Shown: piece after piece, positions 19,999-30,579 of the stretch
How the letters are laid out: every line of letters begins with the position of its first letter
How positions within the stretch are numbered: position 1 is the stretch's first letter
NCBI GenBank assembly: GCA_050253075.1
Contig: JBFWJS010000005.1
Span: forward strand, 83,237 to 147,236
Reading direction: 5' to 3'
DNA: 64,000 nucleotides
Source: Deferribacterales bacterium
Lineage (GTDB): Bacteria; Chrysiogenota; Deferribacteres; Deferribacterales; Geovibrionaceae
Made by a program: the position numbers and the translations under genes
The notes under the pieces: model-generated
What the model saw: the letters and a program-made list of their open reading frames with translations, nothing else
Databases searched by the model: none
What the model was told of the DNA's origin: nothing

Positions 19999-22644
19999 TT
20001 ACTTTGCCATGTTCCTCAGAACATAAGCAAGGATTCCACCGTGCTTAAAGTACTCTATCTCTACGTCTGTATCCAGCCTGCAGAGCACATCGAATTCCTT
20101 AACGCTTCCGTCGGCCTTTGTGGCTTTCACTTTCAGCGTACATCTAGGTGTAACGCTTGCTACGCCTCTGATGTCGAATGTCTCAGTACCGTCGAGCCCG
20201 ATTGTCGCCCAGCCTTCTCCGCCTGTGAACTGAAGCGGAAGGATACCCATACCCGCAAGGTTGCTTCGGTGGATACGCTCAAAGCTCTCGGATATAACAG
20301 CCTTCACACCGAGGAGCAGTGTACCTTTCGCTGCCCAGTCACGTGATGAGCCGGTACCGTACTCTTTACCGCCGAGGATGACAGTCGGTGTGCCCTCTGC
20401 GATATATTTCATAGCTGCATCATAGATATAGCTGTCTTCGCCGGCAGGCATGTATTTTGTGAGACCGCCCTCTTTAGGCTCAGCCAGTTTGTTCTTTATA
20501 CGTACGTTTGCGAAGGTACCGCGCATCATCACCTCATGGTTACCCCTTCTGGAGCCGTATGAGTTGAAGTCCACGGGTTTCACGCCGTTAGCCTGAAGGT
20601 ATTGACCCGCAGGATACTCAGGCGGGATAGCACCCGCAGGTGATATGTGGTCTGTGGTGATGGTATCGCCGAGCAGAGCGAGGGGCTTCGCGCCGATGAT
20701 GTCTGTCACAGGGGCAGGTGTCAGCGAGAAATCCTCGAAGAAAGGCGGACGGCGGATATATGTTGAATCAGGGATCCAGCTGTATATATCAGACTTTGTG
20801 ATAGGCAGTGCCTGCCAGTTTTCGTCCCCTTCGAGTATCTGAGCATAGCGTGTTGCGTACTGCTCTGATGTCACGCATGTATTCACGAGGTTCCATACCT
20901 CTGCATTAGAAGGCCAGATATCTTTCATATAGACGTCTTTGCCGTCTTTGGATTTACCGATAGGGTCGGTGTGCAGGTTGATATTCACAGTGCCTGCAAG
21001 GGCGTATGTAACCACCAGCATAGGAGATGCGAGGTAGTTCTGCCTTACGAGAGGGTGAACTCTCGCTTCGAAGTTTCTGTTTCCTGAAAGAACAGATGCA
21101 ACAGACAGCTTCTTATCCTTAACCGCATCGTTGATAGCAGGTGTGAGCGGGCCGGAGTTACCGATGCATGTGGTACAGCCGTAAGCCGCAAGGTTAAAGC
21201 CGAGCTTGTCGAGGTATGTGTCTACACCCGCAGCCTGAAGGTAGTCTGTGACAACCTTAGACCCCGGAGCCAGAGATGTCTTAACATACGGCTTAACAGT
21301 GAGGCCGAGTTCCACAGCCTTTTTAGCCACGAGTCCGGCACCGATCATTACGAACGGGTTGGATGTGTTTGTACAGCTTGTAATAGCGGCGATGACCACG
21401 TCGTTCTCTTTCAGTGTCATCTTTTCGCCGTTGAGAACGATCTCTGCTGATTTGGATTCAGGAGCTTCCTCGGCAACAACCTTTTTAAGGTTTTCCAGAG
21501 GTACGTTCTGCTGAGGCTTTTTAGGGCCTGCGACGCTAGGTTTCACAGTGGAGAGGTCGAGCTCGAGAACTGTTGTATATTCGGGTTCGTTGTCATAGTC
21601 ATAGAAGAGCATGTTTGCTTTTGTATAGTTCTCTACGAACTGAGCCTGCTCTGCCCTGTTTGTCTCTCTCATGTATCTGAGTGTCTCGTCGTCCACAGGG
21701 AAGAAGCCCATAGTGGCGCCGTACTCAGGGGACATGTTTGATATTGTCGCTCTGTCTGTCAGTGTGAGAGATTTAAGCCCCGGTCCGAAAACCTCGACAA
21801 ATTTCTCAACGACTTTATGCTTACGCAGGAGCTCTGTGGCTTTGAGAACCACGTCTGTGCCTGTGATGCCTTCGGCTATCTCGCCTGTCAGACGCAGACC
21901 GACGACCTCAGGGATAGGCATATAGTAAGGCTGGCCGAGCATAACTGCCTCTGCCTCGATACCGCCTACACCCCATCCCATAACGCCGATGGCGTTGATC
22001 ATTGTGGTGTGTGAGTCAGTACCCACGAGTGTATCGCAGAAAGCCGTTTCTTCGCCTTTCACGTCGCCTTTCAGCACTATCTGGCCGAGGTATTCAAGGT
22101 TTACCTGGTGGCAGATACCTGATCTTGGCGGTACGATGCGAAGGTTATTAAAGCTCGCCTGAGCCCATTTAAGGAGAGAATATCTCTCGCCGTTTCTTTC
22201 GTATTCGAGCTGAACGTTTTTATCAAGGCAGTCCGGTGTGCCGTAATAGTCGACCTGTACAGAGTGGTCGATGATGAGATCCACAGGTACTACTGGGTTG
22301 ATGAGCTTCGCATCCTTACCCTTTTCAGCCAGAGCATCACGCATGGCAGCGAGGTCTACAACGCCGGGAACTCCTGTGAAGTCCTGCATAACGACCCTCG
22401 CAGGGTGATGAGCTATCTCCTGCGGTTTATCATAAGTTTTCTTCCATCCGCCGACCTCCCTAACGTCGGCTTCAGTGACGATCTTCCCGTCAAAGTTTCT
22501 TACTATATTCTCAAGGAGCACTCTTATAGAGTAAGGCAGTTTTTGTATGTCTGCCATCCCTGCGGCCTGAACTTTCTTCAGGTCGTAGTATGCGTATGTC
22601 TTTCCACCAAACTCAAAGTGGCTTCTAAAATGTGTTCTATCCAT
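19999..22644 (-). CDS. acnA: Aconitate hydratase A
   Basis: QDFTGVP, DHSVQVD, GTDSHT, ITSCTNTSN, YGCTTCIGNSG, TTDHISPAG, GSSRDWAAKG. Confidence 0.97.
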   Translation of the reverse strand: MDRTHFRSHFEFGGKTYAYYDLKKVQAAGMADIQKLPYSIRVLLENIVRNFDGKIVTEADVREVGGWKKTYDKPQEIAHHPARVVMQDFTGVPGVVDLAAMRDALAEKGKDAKLINPVVPVDLIIDHSVQVDYYGTPDCLDKNVQLEYERNGERYSLLKWAQASFNNLRIVPPRSGICHQVNLEYLGQIVLKGDVKGEETAFCDTLVGTDSHTTMINAIGVMGWGVGGIEAEAVMLGQPYYMPIPEVVGLRLTGEIAEGITGTDVVLKATELLRKHKVVEKFVEVFGPGLKSLTLTDRATISNMSPEYGATMGFFPVDDETLRYMRETNRAEQAQFVENYTKANMLFYDYDNEPEYTTVLELDLSTVKPSVAGPKKPQQNVPLENLKKVVAEEAPESKSAEIVLNGEKMTLKENDVVIAAITSCTNTSNPFVMIGAGLVAKKAVELGLTVKPYVKTSLAPGSKVVTDYLQAAGVDTYLDKLGFNLAAYGCTTCIGNSGPLTPAINDAVKDKKLSVASVLSGNRNFEARVHPLVRQNYLASPMLVVTYALAGTVNINLHTDPIGKSKDGKDVYMKDIWPSNAEVWNLVNTCVTSEQYATRYAQILEGDENWQALPITKSDIYSWIPDSTYIRRPPFFEDFSLTPAPVTDIIGAKPLALLGDTITTDHISPAGAIPPEYPAGQYLQANGVKPVDFNSYGSRRGNHEVMMRGTFANVRIKNKLAEPKEGGLTKYMPAGEDSYIYDAAMKYIAEGTPTVILGGKEYGTGSSRDWAAKGTLLLGVKAVISESFERIHRSNLAGMGILPLQFTGGEGWATIGLDGTETFDIRGVASVTPRCTLKVKATKADGSVKEFDVLCRLDTDVEIEYFKHGGILAYVLRNMAK

Positions 22645-22788
22645 TTAGTTACTCCTCACTTTTATTGTGTCGTATATAGATTCTACCCTGTCCGCAGGAT
22701 TTTTCAACGGAGGTTGAACTCTATTTGCATTTTAAATTTGTTTTTTGCCCATAAAGGTATAGTTTATATTAACAGTTAAGGAGAAAAG

Positions 22789-23247
22789 ATGAAAGCTCAC
22801 TGTTTAAAACGTGTACAGATTCTCCGTACAGATTTAGACAAAGCGTGGAACTATTTTTCCTCGCCGCTTAATCTGGCAGAGATAACACCCGACTGGCTTA
22901 ATTTCAAGATAGTTTCAGACGTACCCGCAAAGATGTACGAGGGGCTGATAGTGCAGTATAACGTGCACCCTTTCTTCGGCATCCCCATCGGCTGGGTGAC
23001 AGAGATAACCCATGCGAAAGAGCCGCATTACTTTGTGGATGAACAGCGCATCGGTCCATACAGGCTGTGGCATCACCAGCATCATTTCAAAGAGACAGAC
23101 GAAGGGGTCGAGATGACGGACATAGTCCACTGGATGCTGCCGTTCGAGCCTTTCAGCCATATTCTGCTGGGCGGAACAGTGGCGAAAAAGCTCGACGAGA
23201 TATTTGCATACAGGCGTGAGAAGCTAGACATTCTGTTTAATAGGTAA
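22789..23247 (+). CDS. SRPBCC family protein
   Basis: FSSPLNLAEITP, WVTEI, FVDEQRIGPYRLWHHQHHF. Confidence 0.85.
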   Translation: MKAHCLKRVQILRTDLDKAWNYFSSPLNLAEITPDWLNFKIVSDVPAKMYEGLIVQYNVHPFFGIPIGWVTEITHAKEPHYFVDEQRIGPYRLWHHQHHFKETDEGVEMTDIVHWMLPFEPFSHILLGGTVAKKLDEIFAYRREKLDILFNR

Positions 23248-23317
23248 TAATACATAACCCACTAACAAATATATAACATTTCCATAACATCTATGCATAA
23301 TATGGCTATATATCATT

Positions 23318-25147
23318 ATGCAAAACAATGCTTTACCAGAGATCTGGCAGGAAAGAATTAATGTTATGGAACACGCGTTCCAGCCTATTGTAAACCCTCT
23401 GAGCGGGTCGCTTTTCGCTGTGGAATGTCTCCTGCGGGGACACGACAAGGCGGGCTTCGGAAATATATTCGAGGTCTTCGACACTGCATACGACGAGGGC
23501 ATACTGCTGACTGTCGATCTGGAACTGCGCAAAAAAGCGATAGAAAAATTCACCAGCATCGGACTTTCTAAAAAGATAAAGCTCTTTTACAACTTCGACG
23601 TGCGCATCACAGACATGTGCAACTATACACCGGGCACCAGCGCACAGATGCTTCAGGGGTATAACCTTGACCCGGGCGTTTTCACATTCGAAATAAGCGA
23701 AAGATACCATACAAACGGCACAAGGATGGACTGTCTGCTGAACAACGCAAAGACATCAGGATGCCAGATAGCCATAGACGACTTCGGCTCGGGATTTGCA
23801 AATTTTGAGCTTTTCTACTTCAGCGAGCCGGATTACCTCAAGCTAGACAGGTTCCTCATCACAAACATCGAGAAAGAGGTAAAGAAGCGTAAGTTCTGCT
23901 CACATATAACAAACCTTGCACACTTCTTCGGTATATCCGTAGTGGCAGAGGGGATAGAGACAGAGAAGGAATTCCTCACATGCAGAGACATGGGGGTAGA
24001 CCTGATACAGGGCTATTTCATACAAAAGCCCGTGATGGACGTGGACGAACTTCAGGCAAAATATGATGTGGTGGAGACACTCTTCAGAACGAACAAAAGG
24101 AAAGTCACACAGGACTCCCACCTCGTAAACAGCCAGATGATACAGCTGAGCCCGATACATAAGAACGGAACAATGGAAGAACTGCTGGAGAAGATCAGCG
24201 AAAACACCGACGTGCCCATAGTGCCCGTGGTGGACGGAGCGAACATCCCCGTGGGCGTAATAAGCGAATCGAACCTTAAGAAATACCTATATAAACCGTT
24301 CGGCAAGGATCTGCTGTTTAACAAAAGCCACACGCCGTCCATAGCAAAATTCATCAGCAAATGCCCGACGATAGAGATCACCGTGCCTCTGGAGCAGATG
24401 CTCGAAGTATACGTGGCGAACCCCGACTCCGAAGGGATCATCATCACAAACGAACTGCACTATCACGGCTTCATGACGGCGCAGTCCCTCCTGAACACCC
24501 TGAATGAAAAGAACCTCGCATACGCCAGAGACATGAACCCTCTGACAAAACTGCCCGGCAATAATATAATAAACAGCTATATGAACAAGGCATTCAAAGA
24601 GGAAGACGCCTCTTATGTGTTCGTATATTTCGACTTTGACAACTTTAAGCCTTTCAACGACAGGTTCGGCTTCCGTCAGGGGGACAGAGCCATAACACTA
24701 TTCGCAGACCTCATGCGTGAGCACTTCACCGACGACAGAGCCTTCATCGGACACATCGGCGGGGACGACTTCTTCTGCGGGGCATCGTGCAAGGAATCTG
24801 ACGAAGACTGCTGTGTGGCAGTGCTCAGCCGTATAAAGGAGCTGGTGAGGATATTCACCGGTACGGCGGCATCCTTCTACGACTCAAGAGAACAGGCGAA
24901 AGGACTCTATACGGCGAAAGACCGCAACGGCATAGTAAAGGACTTTCCCCTGCTGAGCGTCAGCGCAGCCGTCATACGCATCCCAGTGGGACCGAGACAG
25001 ATAAACGCCGAAGAGATGAGTAATGTGCTCGCCGTGATGAAGAAAGAGGCGAAGCAGAGCGAAACAAAGATATCATATCTGGACATAGGCTCCGAAGGCG
25101 TGGTGGACACCACTCTGAACCTCGAATATCTGAAATTCACTATCTAA
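23318..25147 (+). CDS. EAL-CBS-GGDEF c-di-GMP signalling protein
   Basis: ECLLR, DDFGSG, VVAEGIET; CBS pair; NPLTKLPGN, DFDNFKPFND, GGDDF. Confidence 0.9.
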   Translation: MQNNALPEIWQERINVMEHAFQPIVNPLSGSLFAVECLLRGHDKAGFGNIFEVFDTAYDEGILLTVDLELRKKAIEKFTSIGLSKKIKLFYNFDVRITDMCNYTPGTSAQMLQGYNLDPGVFTFEISERYHTNGTRMDCLLNNAKTSGCQIAIDDFGSGFANFELFYFSEPDYLKLDRFLITNIEKEVKKRKFCSHITNLAHFFGISVVAEGIETEKEFLTCRDMGVDLIQGYFIQKPVMDVDELQAKYDVVETLFRTNKRKVTQDSHLVNSQMIQLSPIHKNGTMEELLEKISENTDVPIVPVVDGANIPVGVISESNLKKYLYKPFGKDLLFNKSHTPSIAKFISKCPTIEITVPLEQMLEVYVANPDSEGIIITNELHYHGFMTAQSLLNTLNEKNLAYARDMNPLTKLPGNNIINSYMNKAFKEEDASYVFVYFDFDNFKPFNDRFGFRQGDRAITLFADLMREHFTDDRAFIGHIGGDDFFCGASCKESDEDCCVAVLSRIKELVRIFTGTAASFYDSREQAKGLYTAKDRNGIVKDFPLLSVSAAVIRIPVGPRQINAEEMSNVLAVMKKEAKQSETKISYLDIGSEGVVDTTLNLEYLKFTI

Positions 25148-25241
25148 ATGCACTTTTGTTCAATTTCACCGTCCTAATCAGACATTTTTGGTTTCATTCC
25201 ACAATATTTTCATATATAAATGGGACATATCGGAGGTACAG

Positions 25242-26885
25242 ATGCCTGAGATAATCGTAATCGGACATAAAAATCCTGACAGTGACTCTGTATGTTCTGC
25301 ATATGCATACGCAGAACTTAAAAATCTAACAGACGGAAAAGATAATAAATATACCCCCGCCAGATGCGGAAACCTGAACAAACAGACAAGGTTCATCTTT
25401 GACAAATTCGGGCTGACGGCGCCGAAGTTCGTCAGCGACGTATACCCGAAGGTCTGCGATGTCATGACGAGAAAGGTCGTCGCCATCGATGAGAACGACC
25501 CTATCAAAGGCGTTATCAAAAACATCGATGAACTGAAGATCCGCATAACCCCCGTAGTATCAGGCGGAAACATACTCGAAGGCGTGATAAGCGTGCTAGA
25601 GATAGCCCACTTCTTCACACCGAACGACTCAGAGGGGAGACCCGTTTATCTCTTCAGAGGCTCAAACTTTGAAAAATCCATCAAAGGATACACATACGCA
25701 CGTGGCGAACAGGACGAATTTGAAGCATCCCTCGTGATAGGCGCTATGCCTTTCGAGAGATTCAGAGAGCGGATGGAGACATTCGACGCTAATAAATCCA
25801 TACTGATCGTCGGCAAGAGACGGGACATCATAGAATACGCTATCAAAGAGGAGCTCCCCGCTATCATGCTCACGGGCATCAGAGGCGAGAGTGACATAGA
25901 CATAGACTTCACCGGATACAAGGGATGGGTCTTCATATCCGAGCTGGACACGGCGGAGACAATGAGAAACCTGCTGCTGAGCATCCCTGCGAAGTTCTTT
26001 ATGACCAAAGACGTGCCGCACATAGCAGAGACAGACTACCTCGATGCCGCAGGTGACGTGCTCATGAGCGTAGACCACAAAGGTCTGCCTGTGACAGACG
26101 ACGGACGCCTGATAGGTATCCTCACAAGGTCTGACATCATCAAAAAGGTGCAGAAAGAGCTTATCCTTATGGATCACAACGAGCTCTCTCAGGCTGTGGA
26201 CGGTGCGGAAACGAGCAGGATAGTCGAGATTGTCGACCATCACAGGCTCGGCACTATCAAAACAAAGACACCTATACACTTCTTTGCCAAACCGGTGGGA
26301 AGTACATGTACGCTGGTCTTCCAGCAATACAGGATAAACGGTCTGGAACCGAGCAGAGAGGCGGCATCCGTGCTCCTTTCGGGCATACTCTCAGACACCG
26401 TAATACTGAAATCACCAACCACAACACAGCAGGACATCGACGCTGTAAAAGCCCTTGCGGAGCTCGCAGGGCTCGACTATGAAAAATACGGCGTAGAGAT
26501 GTTCTCCTCCACGGACAACCTGAAATCCAGAAAGACCGAAGACATCATCGGCACAGACTTCAAGGTCTTCTCCGAATACGGAAAGACATTCGGTATCGGA
26601 CAGGTGGAGGTCGTGAACCTCGAAGAGCTCGAAGGGGTGAAGGACGAACTGCTGAAAGGTCTGGACAAGGTAAAGATGGACAAAGGTCTGGAATGGAGCA
26701 TGCTGCTAGTCACAGACATCATAAGGGAAGAATCCGTACTGCTCACCAGCGGATACGCACTGGCAGAGAAGCTCATCAGCTATAAGGAAACGGGCGAAAG
26801 AAGATTTTATCTGCCCGGCGTCCTCTCCCGAAAGAAACAGCTCCTCCCCGAGATACTCAGGGTTTTGGAAGAACTCACAGATTAA
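25242..26885 (+). CDS. ppaC: Family II Mn-dependent inorganic pyrophosphatase with CBS-DRTGG insert
   Basis: GHKNPDSDS, DHNE, DHHR, GILSDT, SRKKQ; start re-called after GGAGG. Confidence 0.93.
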   Translation: MPEIIVIGHKNPDSDSVCSAYAYAELKNLTDGKDNKYTPARCGNLNKQTRFIFDKFGLTAPKFVSDVYPKVCDVMTRKVVAIDENDPIKGVIKNIDELKIRITPVVSGGNILEGVISVLEIAHFFTPNDSEGRPVYLFRGSNFEKSIKGYTYARGEQDEFEASLVIGAMPFERFRERMETFDANKSILIVGKRRDIIEYAIKEELPAIMLTGIRGESDIDIDFTGYKGWVFISELDTAETMRNLLLSIPAKFFMTKDVPHIAETDYLDAAGDVLMSVDHKGLPVTDDGRLIGILTRSDIIKKVQKELILMDHNELSQAVDGAETSRIVEIVDHHRLGTIKTKTPIHFFAKPVGSTCTLVFQQYRINGLEPSREAASVLLSGILSDTVILKSPTTTQQDIDAVKALAELAGLDYEKYGVEMFSSTDNLKSRKTEDIIGTDFKVFSEYGKTFGIGQVEVVNLEELEGVKDELLKGLDKVKMDKGLEWSMLLVTDIIREESVLLTSGYALAEKLISYKETGERRFYLPGVLSRKKQLLPEILRVLEELTD

Positions 26886-26890
26886 AAAGC

Positions 26891-26920
26891 AAAGGCGGTG
26901 CAAACACACCGCCTTTTTTT
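26891..26920. terminator. Intrinsic terminator (likely bidirectional)
   Basis: AAAGGCGGTG-loop-CACCGCCTTTTTTT. Confidence 0.8.
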
Positions 26921-28538
26921 ATATCTTAAACGTTTCAGATTTTTGCGAGAGGTTCGCCGCATTGGACTGAAGCCCCGTTGCAGCACCTGCTATCTGCCCT
27001 ATCGCCTGGGATGCTTCCTGTATACTGGCGGATATCCCCTGAAGCGAATGGTTCACTTCCTCTATATTCCCTGCAGATGCAGACATGCCGGATGATATCA
27101 CGCTCTGCTCCGAGTTTATATTCTGCATATTGTCGGAGACCTTTCTGTAAAAGGTTTCCAGATTTCTTATGAGGCTCATACCTTCGCCGACCTTTTCCAC
27201 AGACACTTCCATGGAGTCCTTTGCCCTTGAAGTATCCTTCATAAGCTGGGTCACGATCTTTTCCACTTCGCCCGTGGCTGTCTGTGTCCGCTCTGCGAGC
27301 TTTCTCACCTCGTCCGCAACAACGGCGAATCCGCGCCCTGCATCCCCTGCTCTGGCTGCCTCTATTGCGGCATTCAGCGCCAGCAGGTTTGTCTGCTCTG
27401 CGATGTCGTTTATTACTTTAAGTATATTCTCTATCTCACTGGATGACTCGACGAGGCTCTCCATAACGCCTGAGAGCTTATTGGTATCCTCGCTTATCTC
27501 CTCGGTCTTGCTTATCACATCCTCCAGATGGGTGAATGCCTCGGCTGTCTCCAGACTGGTGCTCTCCACCATATCTGTCATGTTCTCCAGCCGGGAAATG
27601 ATATCCATCGTGGAGCCCGCCAGAGTATCCATTGCGCCTGCTATGTTTGATATCTCTGCCGACTGCTGATTGAATGTGACAGAGAACTCCTCCGAAGCGG
27701 AAGAGAGCGTCGTGCTGTTCTCCTTTATCTCTCCGATGGTGTTTTTCAACATTTCTATGAGCGAGCGGAGGGACTTTGTAAAGCTGTTGAAGCTGGCGGA
27801 AAGCTCGCCTATCTCGTTCTCTTTGCTGTATCCTATCTGAACGGTCAGGTCGCCTGATGCGCCCTGCTCAAATTTACCTTTGAACTCCTGCAGCGGGCGA
27901 AGCACCGAGCGAGTGACTACCACAGAAAGCGTGACAGCCAGCAGCAGAGCAACGACACTGAGGAAAGCCGACATCTTCATTATAGATGCAGACATATCCG
28001 TTATGTCCTGAAGTACGAAGTGCAGCTCGTCATCATGCCTTTTGACTATAGTGCTTATGGTCTCGCCGAGGGCTTCTGCATATGGGTCGAATTTGCCCAT
28101 AAATTCGTTCCCTGCCTCAGGCCCCTGTTTAACATAGACATCTGCCATCTGCCTGCCTACATCGTAAAAGGCGTTTATCTCGCTTTTCAGCTTTTGCAGT
28201 TCGCCCAGCTCGTCGGGCTTTATGCTTTCGTCCCCGAGCATCTTATCCAGTATGCCCATGGCCTCTTTATAATACTTCTCCGCCTCGCCAAAACCGTCGT
28301 CGAAGCCTTCCATAGCACGGGTAGCGGAAACATCCGTCAGCCACTGCTGTATCTGGATGATGTCTCTATCCAGCTCGATGAAGCTCATGGTCTGGACGAC
28401 TATTTCGTTTTTAAGATTTTTAAGGTCGAGCAGTGTTGCTCTGGTTGAAAGTACGCTGTAGATGCTTAGCAGTAGAATCAATAATGAAATGAGTGAAAAA
28501 CCGCCGATGATCTGCGTACGTATCCGAATTTTAAACAT
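26919..28538 (-). CDS. Methyl-accepting chemotaxis protein
   Basis: TM-4[44 protein letters not shown]. Confidence 0.95.
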   Translation of the reverse strand: MFKIRIRTQIIGGFSLISLLILLLSIYSVLSTRATLLDLKNLKNEIVVQTMSFIELDRDIIQIQQWLTDVSATRAMEGFDDGFGEAEKYYKEAMGILDKMLGDESIKPDELGELQKLKSEINAFYDVGRQMADVYVKQGPEAGNEFMGKFDPYAEALGETISTIVKRHDDELHFVLQDITDMSASIMKMSAFLSVVALLLAVTLSVVVTRSVLRPLQEFKGKFEQGASGDLTVQIGYSKENEIGELSASFNSFTKSLRSLIEMLKNTIGEIKENSTTLSSASEEFSVTFNQQSAEISNIAGAMDTLAGSTMDIISRLENMTDMVESTSLETAEAFTHLEDVISKTEEISEDTNKLSGVMESLVESSSEIENILKVINDIAEQTNLLALNAAIEAARAGDAGRGFAVVADEVRKLAERTQTATGEVEKIVTQLMKDTSRAKDSMEVSVEKVGEGMSLIRNLETFYRKVSDNMQNINSEQSVISSGMSASAGNIEEVNHSLQGISASIQEASQAIGQIAGAATGLQSNAANLSQKSETFKI

Positions 28539-28664
28539 GGCTTACCCTCCGAAAATTCCGCAATCATAACAATAATCTTGATTATGAATTTGAATATCTC
28601 ATAAAGCCGTAATAAATATGTCAGCTCTTCTACACGTAAAATAAAACTTTACGAAGGCTTGTCA

Positions 28665-29345
28665 CTACATTTTTTCAGCAATAACAACAAGTGAATAGCT
28701 ATTTTTTCGTTCATAAGCCGACTTATCAAATCCACCGTAGAATTTATTTAAACGCAAATTATTATCAGTTAAGAAACTAGTTATAAATAATGATGCGATA
28801 GGATAAATATTAACGTCCGAAGATTGTTCACCTGTGTTCGAAATTATTTTTCCCTTAAACAGTATGTGGTCTTCAAAATATTCATATTTTCTTTCGAATT
28901 TTATATTTTCTGTTTCTATCAGAGGCAGACCTTCAGGTTTTGTCAGCATGATGCGGTCATAGTTCAGTATCTGCACAAGGAGCTTTCCGCCCTTTTTCAG
29001 CACTCGGGCAAACTCTGCTATCACCGAATTCGGGTCTGTGGAGTGTACGAGAGTATTGCCCATACATATCACACTGTCGAAGCTATCATCCGAAAACGGC
29101 AGGCTGTGCATGTCGCCCTCTATCGTCTTTTGCGGATAGCCTATCAGCTCGGGCACGTATTCCAGCCCCACAGCATCATATCCGTCTGAGACAAGCCTGC
29201 GCACGAGCTCGCCTTTCGCCGCTCCCACATCCAGCACTCTGCCTCCGCATGGTGTTATATCCTCAGCCATTTTAACGGCCGCCTCGCTCAGCGGGAATAT
29301 CTCTGAATAGTTTTCACTCAGCATTCTGTAGAATTCCATGGTCAC
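28665..29345 (-). CDS. Class I SAM-dependent methyltransferase
   Basis: VLDVGAAKG, GDMHSLPF..DSFD, CMGNTLVH, LKKGG. Confidence 0.9.
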   Translation of the reverse strand: MTMEFYRMLSENYSEIFPLSEAAVKMAEDITPCGGRVLDVGAAKGELVRRLVSDGYDAVGLEYVPELIGYPQKTIEGDMHSLPFSDDSFDSVICMGNTLVHSTDPNSVIAEFARVLKKGGKLLVQILNYDRIMLTKPEGLPLIETENIKFERKYEYFEDHILFKGKIISNTGEQSSDVNIYPIASLFITSFLTDNNLRLNKFYGGFDKSAYERKNSYSLVVIAEKM

Positions 29346-29357
29346 CTCTTAATGCTG

Positions 29358-29399
29358 AATATAGGCTCCTGTCATGCAGATTGGCTTGATAAGTGTCAA
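29358..29399 (-). promoter_or_regulatory. CRP/FNR-family class II activator site plus -10 box
   Basis: TTGAT-AAGT-GTCAA at 29386-29399 and TATATT at 29358-29363 (minus strand). Confidence 0.65.
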
Positions 29400-29586
29400 A
29401 AAAAATAAATTTCCCAAACTTTACGATACATTATAATTAATAAGTAAAAAACAGACTTTAGTTAACTTTTTAGAAGCAATTATTAATAAATTCACCAGTG
29501 CTTTATGAATTATAAATTCAATAAAGTTAACAATAATATTTAACCTTGAAAACTTTCTCGAGCACATTATTCTTCTAATTATAACA

Positions 29587-30195
29587 ATGTTTCCATCCGG
29601 TGATATTATGAGATATATAGACACACAAGCCGGATTTCCCGGCAGGATTAATAGTCTGAGAGAAGTACATAATTTTTCTGAATTCGTAGAGTATGCGCTC
29701 CCATACGGGATAGCTAAAGTATACATGACAGCAAACAGGCGCTGGATGTTCCTTGAGCGTGACCGCAGGAAAAGGGCACTTGCTCTGCTCATAAACAGAG
29801 TCATCAGGCGCTTCGCATTTAACATATGGGATGTCCGAACCTCGGGAGGAGGCTTCATGGAGGACTTCCATACTATGCCGGTGATAGGTATAATAACCAT
29901 ACTAGCGACAGAATACGCCAGACAAGAACACCTTATAAACACCTATGGCAACCTGAATATGGCGACATTCAAACTATGCGGTGAAGGTTTAATACCAAAC
30001 GAACTGAAAGACAGGATAAACAGACTGAACGAGCTGAAGCTCCGGAAAGAAAGAGGCGATGTTGCGGCACCACCGAGCCAAGATAACAAACCGCTGCTTT
30101 ACGAAGAAGCCGTAAGCGCCCTTTACGAACTGGAGGAATGTCTGATCAGTGCCCACCGGAGACATATCAATCATTCCTTACAGGCGAGCGCCTGA
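29587..30195 (+). CDS. Hypothetical protein
   Basis: 202-aa ORF fills the gap between divergent and convergent neighbours; codon style like the host; no recognised domain. Confidence 0.65.
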   Translation: MFPSGDIMRYIDTQAGFPGRINSLREVHNFSEFVEYALPYGIAKVYMTANRRWMFLERDRRKRALALLINRVIRRFAFNIWDVRTSGGGFMEDFHTMPVIGIITILATEYARQEHLINTYGNLNMATFKLCGEGLIPNELKDRINRLNELKLRKERGDVAAPPSQDNKPLLYEEAVSALYELEECLISAHRRHINHSLQASA

Positions 30196-30198
30196 TAC

Positions 30199-30561
30199 TT
30201 ATTTGGAATAAACTTCGACAAGTGCCTCTGCGAGCTTTTCCGCATCTACGGGTTTGTTCATAAACACGCTTGCACCGAGAGCCATGACGTTCTCCCTTGT
30301 CTTGTTCTGGATGTCTGCGGTGAGGATGATGACCTTACACTCTTTATCCACCGTGCGTATCTGCTCCAGAACCTCTTCACCGCTCATCTCGGGCATTGTA
30401 AGGTCGAGGAAGACGACAGACGGCGAATGTTCCTTAAACAGTCCGAACGCCTCGGTGCTGACACCTGTGTCGATAATCTCCCACCCTTCGAGCTGCTGAG
30501 AGAGGAGCTTTTTCAGTGCTCTTCTCGCAAAGTTAGAATCATCTACTACAAGAACTTTCAT
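30199..30561 (-). CDS. Single-domain response regulator (CheY-like)
   Basis: VVDD, LDLTMP, TAD, KP. Confidence 0.92.
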   Translation of the reverse strand: MKVLVVDDSNFARRALKKLLSQQLEGWEIIDTGVSTEAFGLFKEHSPSVVFLDLTMPEMSGEEVLEQIRTVDKECKVIILTADIQNKTRENVMALGASVFMNKPVDAEKLAEALVEVYSK

Positions 30562-30579
30562 CTTTCCCTCTTTGTATAA

